Shown here: piece by piece, positions 57,814-64,000 of the stretch
Layout of the letters: the number at the start of each line of letters is the position of its first letter
Numbering within the stretch: position 1 is the stretch's first letter
Source of the DNA: Minisyncoccota bacterium
GTDB lineage: Bacteria; Patescibacteriota; Minisyncoccia; Phycocordibacterales; JBAYGS01
NCBI GenBank assembly: GCA_041666545.1
Contig: JBAYGS010000002.1
Location: 6,065 to 70,064 of the forward strand
Reading direction: 5' to 3'
Length of the DNA stretch: 64,000 nucleotides
Made by a program: the position numbers and the translations under genes
Notes under the pieces: model-generated
What the model saw: only the letters and a program-made list of their open reading frames with translations
What the model was told of the DNA's origin: nothing
Databases searched by the model: none

Positions 57814-58710
57814 TTACAAGGAACTAATGAAACTGTCGAGCATCTCCCAGTTCTGCCAAACTGCTTCATCTCTGCGTCTAGCCAAGGTTCGGATTTCAAT
57901 GCAGAGGCGATTATTGTAGCGCCTGAGCCTAAAGTTCCACCAAACCGAGCGGAGGAACAAGTCGATATCTTGGTCGGCTTTCTCAAATGGCACCAACTTG
58001 CCATTTACAACTACTTCATGCTTGGCCAATTTATCCACGTAGTCTTCAATCGACTCCGGTCTCACTACTCCGTACCGATCAGACCGGTATCCGGCCTTTG
58101 AAGTGGCGATATATTTTCGCCAAAGTTCCTCCTGAGGATAAGGATTAGATTCGAGAATGTGTGGCCTGAATTCGGCCAAACTGTTGATGAGCCGGATCGC
58201 ATGATTCGGGTCGTTTGCTTCAATAGTAAACTGTACCGAAGCGGTTCTGGCGAGTAGGGCGAGTGATTCTCGTCCATCGAGCTTAAGCCACGAAGCATCT
58301 CTTTCATCTGGGATGATCAAAAGATCCTCGTCTGTCTCAATGATGGGCTGAGGCAGAGGATAGATGCCGTAGCGTCTCGTGACTCGATATAGCTCTTGGA
58401 TTGTCCTCAGTGGAGGCGAATAGGCACATGTGTGAGTAACTGGCAAAGTGGCCAGTTCGATATTTTGCCGGCCGAGTTCATAGAGCAACTTGTTGCCGTC
58501 TTTGGTAATTTCAGCAATAAGTTGACCTTTAGTTTTACTCAGCGACCAACCTTGCGAAATTAATCTCTTAAATATCGCTTGGGAGGCGGCCAGGGTAATC
58601 GGTTGCGAGGCTCCATCCACGAAGTGCGTCTCAATTTCGGCGCCGACGAAACATCGCCGGTCCGTCTCGAGCCCTTTGGTGAAGTAATCTAACAGGTCCG
58701 GCTTCTTCAT
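57814..58710 (-). CDS. Glutamate--cysteine ligase (GCS2)-like protein
   Basis: VGAEIE, YELG..NIEL, TASVQ, RLR, IEIR. Confidence 0.7.
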   Translation of the reverse strand: MKKPDLLDYFTKGLETDRRCFVGAEIETHFVDGASQPITLAASQAIFKRLISQGWSLSKTKGQLIAEITKDGNKLLYELGRQNIELATLPVTHTCAYSPPLRTIQELYRVTRRYGIYPLPQPIIETDEDLLIIPDERDASWLKLDGRESLALLARTASVQFTIEANDPNHAIRLINSLAEFRPHILESNPYPQEELWRKYIATSKAGYRSDRYGVVRPESIEDYVDKLAKHEVVVNGKLVPFEKADQDIDLFLRSVWWNFRLRRYNNRLCIEIRTLARRRDEAVWQNWEMLDSFISSL

Positions 58711-58825
58711 TGCTGATCCTTTCAAGGAACTATGTTGGTTGTCTACTTTAGGTTGAGCCAGGCCAGACAAAATAGCCCTCTCCAAGGTTGGAGAGGGCTA
58801 TTTTCATTTTTTAAATGCAAAAATG

Positions 58826-59149
58826 TTAAGACAACCCCCTCCCGGCTTGGATAGAGTTGTGATGATGGATTCGACCGATAACAGTTTTGTAGCCGCGACC
58901 CTTACCTTTGAGCCACTTGGCGACTCGGGAAATTGTGGCCGAGCTTAAGCCGGTGCGTTCCTCGATAGCGGAATAAAAGGCCCCATTGGAGAGCATCTCG
59001 GCAGCCAAAAAACGCTTGGCAAATTCTTCGATTTCGGATTCAGTAAGCAGGTCGCGCAAAAAACGCTCGGTTTCGTCTCCGGTTTTTAGTGCCAAGATGG
59101 CTTTGACCAGTTGCTTATATTCGGTTGTATTCCAATCGACTTTTTTCAT
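58826..59149 (-). CDS. YerC/YecD TrpR-like repressor
   Basis: FLRDLLT.SEI....R, Y..I...TGLSSATISRV. Confidence 0.9.
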   Translation of the reverse strand: MKKVDWNTTEYKQLVKAILALKTGDETERFLRDLLTESEIEEFAKRFLAAEMLSNGAFYSAIEERTGLSSATISRVAKWLKGKGRGYKTVIGRIHHHNSIQAGRGLS

Positions 59150-59167
59150 ATTTGATCTGATAAGTAC

Positions 59168-59205
59168 CACTTTAGTCTAGTAAAGCGCTTTAGTCAAGTA
59201 AAGTG
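59168..59205. promoter_or_regulatory. Tandem TrpR/HisR-type operator
   Basis: Two CTTTA-N6-TAAAG palindromes immediately upstream of the YerC gene. Confidence 0.65.
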
Positions 59206-59383
59206 GAAGTTCGGGTGTGGATAAGTGAAAAATATAAGAGTAAGCAAAGATAAATGAGAAATGAGATACAGGAGGCGGTGATAGGCCCGAGGAATCAATT
59301 TTTTAGATTTTGAGGGCAATTAAAAACCGCCCGAGACTTGTTTTGTGGGCTGTCCAAAATAAGTCTCGGGCGGGTGAGGGAAG

Positions 59384-59584
59384 TTAACTTCGCAAGATCA
59401 GGCCGAAGGCGACTCCGACCCAGAACTGCCAAGATAACTTCTTAAAGACCGTACTCACGATTTTCTTACTGCGAGCGCTGTACGCCCCACCACAACCGAA
59501 GGCTTTGGCGAAGAAGTAGCCGGCGCCCCACAACAAGAGGGTCGTGAGTAGGAAGGAAAGAACAACGGGAGAGTTAGCGTTCAT
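59384..59584 (-). CDS. Small membrane protein
   Basis: Two TMs; TTGACA..TATAAT promoter and downstream long hairpin. Confidence 0.55.
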   Translation of the reverse strand: MNANSPVVLSFLLTTLLLWGAGYFFAKAFGCGGAYSARSKKIVSTVFKKLSWQFWVGVAFGLILRS

Positions 59585-59671
59585 GTCTACCTACATTATA
59601 GCAAAAAATGGAGCTTTTGTCAACTAACCTAGTAAGTAAAAAGGGCGCCCGGAGGGCGCCCTTGGAAATGC

Positions 59672-60637
59672 TTAGGAAAGACTGGCCATTTTGGCCAAAT
59701 GAGCGGCCACGATCGGATCAGTGATGTCTCGGAGTTCTTGCCAAGTGAGACGTGTGCCGGTTAGTCGGGGTGAGCCACCGATAAGACTTGAGCCACTCCA
59801 TCGGCTTCCTTCCGTCAGTCCCTCGGCCTGGTTGTAGGCTTCATAAAGTTCTTCAACCGGGAAGGGAGTGTACTGTGAGCGACGACCAACCGAGACCACA
59901 TGCTTACCGTCAGGTCGCATTGCTACAAAACTGATGCAGGCGCACATACCCTGATTGAAGAGATGCTTTCGGGCTGTAGTGCCGCCTATTTCACGAATGA
60001 TTTTGTAATACGGAGAGTTGTGCAGAATGTCACAGCGCAGGTCCGGTTCAATTTGCCCAGCCTGACCCATCATGAGATCGGTGATGCGACTCATCACGGC
60101 AAGCAGGTTGTCGTGGAGAGTCTGAGGCCCAGCCTTAGCCAATTCGCCAGACCTTCGCAAGTTGGTGTAGGGTTCGAAGACCCAGAAGCATTGTTTCGCT
60201 AAGTCGCTATCCAAATCAAGTGGGTAGGCACCACCAGTGATGTCCCACTTACTACTTAGGTTGAGTAGGCGGCTTATTGGCGGTACTGTTCTTGTCCCCT
60301 CAAGCAGTTTATGGTTGACGAGTTGCCAAGTCGCGAGGGAAGTGTCTTCATCGGTGTCGTTGAAGTAGATCTGGCCCTGTGGTTCGCCGTTGACCGCTAA
60401 GGCCTCCATCAAACCGGTCTTAATGGCAATCTCAACCTGCATGGCGGTTGACATGGTCGCGTCGCGCACGACGCCATGATGGTGATCAAAATTAAAGTGC
60501 AGAGTTTTTGGATCAAAACAAGGCGGGCCCTTGACCATTCCGTCTAAGGCGATTGACCGTGCCGGTGTGTTTGCTACGAACTCCGGCCAGGTCATTTCCT
60601 GTCTCGGCAAAGCTATCAGTTTAAAGGATCTGTTCAT
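59672..60637 (-). CDS. Hypothetical DHH-like phosphoesterase-fold protein
   Basis: ALDG, NFDHH, NDTDED, WD..G, W.GS..IGGSPR. Confidence 0.55.
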   Translation of the reverse strand: MNRSFKLIALPRQEMTWPEFVANTPARSIALDGMVKGPPCFDPKTLHFNFDHHHGVVRDATMSTAMQVEIAIKTGLMEALAVNGEPQGQIYFNDTDEDTSLATWQLVNHKLLEGTRTVPPISRLLNLSSKWDITGGAYPLDLDSDLAKQCFWVFEPYTNLRRSGELAKAGPQTLHDNLLAVMSRITDLMMGQAGQIEPDLRCDILHNSPYYKIIREIGGTTARKHLFNQGMCACISFVAMRPDGKHVVSVGRRSQYTPFPVEELYEAYNQAEGLTEGSRWSGSSLIGGSPRLTGTRLTWQELRDITDPIVAAHLAKMASLS

Positions 60638-60750
60638 AATCTATTCCTTTCTTGACTCAAAATACTTGAAATAGGTGAAAAGTCAACGCCAGTTGACTTT
60701 TCACCCAAATTTGATATAATCCGCGAAGAAACCTCAAAAAAGGAAGTACT

Positions 60751-61710
60751 ATGAAATATTCAGAATTGTCTGAATCTGGCAGGTCAGATCTCGAGCAAGT
60801 CAATCTCTACAAATTAGCGATGGATGTGGCCAAGATTCTTGACGGCCCCGATTTTACCGGTTTTGCTGGTGAGAAGGCTGGCGACTACGAGAAGCGACGC
60901 GCCGCTGACGAGCGAATCAAGTTTTTTGACTTGTTTTGCGCCGTCTTCACTAAAGCTGGTTTACCCCTTCCGCCATTTGAGCCGATTTTTGTGGAGGAGT
61001 TTCAGGACGAACCTTCGGAGAAGATTCGTACGGTGATGGAGCGGCTTACCACCGAGATTGATAAATTGGCACCGAAAGCTCGTAAGCTTGACGAAGTGTT
61101 GATTGCGGGAATTGCCGGACTTTTCGCATCCTTTCCGCATCTTTGCTCCGATTACGGTTCGGTCAGCGGGGCCGATTTGCTCCGGCTCGTTAACAGGCTT
61201 TTGATTCTGAATGACCTGAAGCCGATCCGGCCTGATTATTCTGATTGGAAGCCCGGTCCGGCTCTCGCCATGTCGAACACCTCGCAACCAGTTCGGGTCC
61301 TCATCTTTGACGATGACCGTACCGAAATTGCCAGAACTCTTGTCGGGTTGGTAGGCTGGCCTGGTTTGGACTTGGTGTCATTGCAATATCGTCCAGGCGT
61401 AGGTAGTCGCCGTGGTGATGTTGATGCCAAAGTGGCCGCGATGCAAAAAGCAGCCGAGTCCGTCATCGCACTTGATCCGGATGTGGTTTTGATGGATCAA
61501 GGTCTTGTTGATTTTGAAGGGTCGCAACTGATCCCTGTCATTCGACAGATTGCGACGAAGGAAATCATCTTTGTTGCCAACACTGGCGGCGAGGACGTTG
61601 ATTTGCGACGGGCAGGGGCTTACCCCAACTGCGGGAAAGGCCAAAAACTGGATGGCCTACGTGGTGCCCTGCATTCAATTCGGACGGCGGCTCAGTTGTC
61701 GGCGCTTTGA
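60751..61710 (+). CDS. Hypothetical protein with C-terminal receiver-like domain
   Basis: VLIFDDD, PDVVLMD, ANT, K. Confidence 0.6.
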   Translation: MKYSELSESGRSDLEQVNLYKLAMDVAKILDGPDFTGFAGEKAGDYEKRRAADERIKFFDLFCAVFTKAGLPLPPFEPIFVEEFQDEPSEKIRTVMERLTTEIDKLAPKARKLDEVLIAGIAGLFASFPHLCSDYGSVSGADLLRLVNRLLILNDLKPIRPDYSDWKPGPALAMSNTSQPVRVLIFDDDRTEIARTLVGLVGWPGLDLVSLQYRPGVGSRRGDVDAKVAAMQKAAESVIALDPDVVLMDQGLVDFEGSQLIPVIRQIATKEIIFVANTGGEDVDLRRAGAYPNCGKGQKLDGLRGALHSIRTAAQLSAL

Positions 61711-61769
61711 ACCGAGCTTGCCCCACACGCATGTGCGCGTGTGGGGCTTTTTTATGCTACGATTTGGTT

Positions 61770-62564
61770 ATGGAAAAGAAAAAGATGACTAGAACAAAGG
61801 AATCAGGGACTTCTTGGAGTCAGGTTGCAAATTGGTATGACCAAGTTCTTAATGATCCGGACTCTTATCAAAGCCAAGTGATTTGGCCTAATTTGAAGAG
61901 GATATTGGGAGAGGTCAAAGGACAGAAGATGTTAGATTTGGCCTGTGGTCAAGGATTTTTTTCATTTGAAATCGCCAAACTGGGCGCTTCGGTTGTGGGG
62001 GTGGACATCTCTTCAGAACTAATTAAAAAGGCGCAGATGGAAAGTGAAAAGGCTAATCTAGGAATTGATTTTCAGGTGGCGCCGGCCGATAAACTGGATT
62101 TTCTTCCGGCCGGACTTTTTGATACGGTGGTAATGGTGCTCGCGGCGCAAAATATCAAGGAGCTGGATCGAGTTTTTGTCGAATGTGCCCGGGTTCTCAA
62201 AAAGTCCGGCCGCCTCATCTTGATTCTAAATCACCCGGCTTTTCGAGTGCCTCAGTTCTCTGATTGGCATTTCAATGAACTTACTAAAGTTCAGGGTCGA
62301 ATAGTTGATAAGTATTTATCCGAAGCACAGATTGAGATTAAGACCCATCCTGGTCGGGAGAACAGTTCGCAAACAATCTCTTTTCACAGGCCACTTCAAG
62401 TTTATTTCAAGTGGCTCGCTAAAAATAGTTTTGCCGTAGTTCGGCTGGAAGAGTGGATTTCTCATAAGAAGAGCCAGCCGAGTGCTTTGCGCGTAGTCGC
62501 CGAGGACAAAGCCCGGAAAGAAATCCCAATGTTTATGTGTTTGGAAGCTAAGTTGTTAAATTAA
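61770..62564 (+). CDS. Class I SAM-dependent methyltransferase
   Basis: LDLACGQG, GVDIS, FD.V, RVLKKSG. Confidence 0.9.
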   Translation: MEKKKMTRTKESGTSWSQVANWYDQVLNDPDSYQSQVIWPNLKRILGEVKGQKMLDLACGQGFFSFEIAKLGASVVGVDISSELIKKAQMESEKANLGIDFQVAPADKLDFLPAGLFDTVVMVLAAQNIKELDRVFVECARVLKKSGRLILILNHPAFRVPQFSDWHFNELTKVQGRIVDKYLSEAQIEIKTHPGRENSSQTISFHRPLQVYFKWLAKNSFAVVRLEEWISHKKSQPSALRVVAEDKARKEIPMFMCLEAKLLN

Positions 62565-62683
62565 TATTACTCTGACTAAATAAAGGGGCGAGTGGGGCGA
62601 TGGAGGAGTCGCCACGATGGCAATGGGGTTTGCCAAAGTCGGACCAAGACAAGGATTCAGGCCAAAAGTGATATAATTTTGCT

Positions 62684-63079
62684 ATGTCGGCTTACTCTTG
62701 GTATTCACAACTCATCAAACCCTCGTGGGCGCCACCTTCATGGCTTTTTGGCCCAGTTTGGACTTTTCTCTATGTTCTAATCGCAATTTCCTATGGCACA
62801 GTTTTCTATAAAGTTTTTACTAAGCAATTACCGGCTATTGTTGCTTTGCCTTTTGTCCTCAATCTGATTTTTAATTTCGCTTTTACGCCAATCCAATTTG
62901 GTCTCCAAAATAATTATTTGGGAGCAGCCGACATTTTATTGGTACTCGGAACTTTGATTTGGGCCATGATTGTGATTTATCCACATTTTAAGTGGATTAC
63001 TTATCTTCAAATTCCATACTTAGTTTGGGTTCTATTTGCAACAGCTTTGCAACTTACCATAACCTTTCTCAATCGTTAG
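62684..63079 (+). CDS. tspO: TspO/MBR tryptophan-rich sensory protein
   Basis: WY..L.KP.W.PP.WLFGPVWT.LY, PYLVW..FA..L. Confidence 0.92.
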   Translation: MSAYSWYSQLIKPSWAPPSWLFGPVWTFLYVLIAISYGTVFYKVFTKQLPAIVALPFVLNLIFNFAFTPIQFGLQNNYLGAADILLVLGTLIWAMIVIYPHFKWITYLQIPYLVWVLFATALQLTITFLNR

Positions 63080-63118
63080 GCTTTCTATTTGGCTCAAAAT
63101 GGGATACTCTATGGGCCC

Positions 63119-64000
63119 ATGGCTCAAGATGAAGTAATATTTCGATTCGAAGATGTCAGTTTTGAATATGGTCACAACAAACCCATCCTAGATGAGGTCA
63201 ATTGCTCTGTTCGTCGTGGTTCAAAAATCACGATTATGGGGCAAAATGGCGCCGGTAAAACTACGATTTTTGGTTTAATTTCCGGAGTCTTGAAGCCGGA
63301 ATCCGGCAAAGTCGTTGTCGGTAATGGCGTGACTATCGCCGTTTCTAGACAGGTGGTGCCGCGCGACGAACTTGAGCTTTCCGTTCGGGAGTTTTTCCTA
63401 AAATGTTTTCCTAAAAAAATTTATGATATTGATCCCAGGATTGATGCGGTGCTTGAGGTTGTAAACCTGAAAGGTCATACCAAAGTTCATGATCGAATCA
63501 TTAAAAGTTTTTCCGGTGGCCAGCAGGCTCGGCTACTTTTGGCTTCAGCTTTAATCCAAAATCCAGATCTTTTGCTTTTGGATGAGCCGACTAATAATTT
63601 AGATAAAGCCGGCATCCTTCATCTGACCGAATTTCTCAAAAATTATGAGAAGACAGTTATTGTAATTTCTCACGATGCCGAGTTTCTTAATGCTTTTTCA
63701 ACCGGTGTGCTTTACTTGGATATCTTTACTCGCCAGCTGGAACAGTATGTGGGCAATTATTTTGACGTGGCCGAGCAGATTACTGCTCGGGTGGAAAAAG
63801 AAAATCGCAAAAATGCCCAGCTGGCCAAGGAAATTCAAGAGAACAAAGACAAGGCCAACTTTTTTGCCAACAAAGGTGGCCAGATGCGCTTGGTAGCCAA
63901 GCGGATGCGAGAGAAAGCTGAGGAACTTGAGGAGTCCAAGGTTGACATCAGGCGCGAGGATAAAACTATCCGCCCTTTCACCATCCCGACTCAATCGGAT
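63119..64000 (+). CDS. ABC-F family ATPase (3'-truncated by window; absent from ORF track)
   Basis: Manual translation from ATG 63119: MAQDEVIFRFEDVSF...GQNGAGKTT...FSGGQQARL...LLLDEPTNNLD...VISHD...YVGNY. Confidence 0.9.
   Translation, partial: MAQDEVIFRFEDVSFEYGHNKPILDEVNCSVRRGSKITIMGQNGAGKTTIFGLISGVLKPESGKVVVGNGVTIAVSRQVVPRDELELSVREFFLKCFPKKIYDIDPRIDAVLEVVNLKGHTKVHDRIIKSFSGGQQARLLLASALIQNPDLLLLDEPTNNLDKAGILHLTEFLKNYEKTVIVISHDAEFLNAFSTGVLYLDIFTRQLEQYVGNYFDVAEQITARVEKENRKNAQLAKEIQENKDKANFFANKGGQMRLVAKRMREKAEELEESKVDIRREDKTIRPFTIPTQSD

Noticed and set aside
63675-63994. Short ORFs listed at the window end
   Set aside because: They lie within the ABC-F reading frame that starts at 63119 and runs off the window

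Overview
64 kb of a small-genome bacterium. Gene content and style (full type IV pilus locus, shortened RF2, many apparently leaderless promoters, tRNA group I introns) point to Patescibacteria/Parcubacteria (CPR); this assignment is inference. Left part: pilB, a receiver-domain gene, pilT, pilC, seven pilin-like genes and pilD, then ligA and gatCA. Middle: six tRNA genes in total, two of them split by group I introns (fMet-CAT after U33; Thr-GGT after position 36). Each intron-bearing tRNA directly abuts a free-standing HTH + LAGLIDADG-like gene. Two other tRNAs (CAT and Asp) are followed by a 140-180 bp tail holding an inverted and then a direct copy of their own 3' end. Also present: prfB, maf, dcd, ftsEX, pyrG, transporters, a candidate mannoside-phosphorolysis cluster (HAD-IIB, PMI cupin, two GH130), a glycosyltransferase fusion with DedA, many accessory hypotheticals and a partial ABC-F gene. 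Non-coding highlights: a duplicated riboswitch-like leader (23913 and 25399), a candidate stand-alone sRNA, a 116-bp MITE-like element, a tandem HisR/TrpR-type operator, and a family of 7/8-mer microsatellite arrays that flank a four-helix-bundle gene and sit in frame in prepilin leaders and GatA. No CRISPR array, rRNA or recognisable integrase/transposase was seen. All calls come from reading the sequence; no searches were run.
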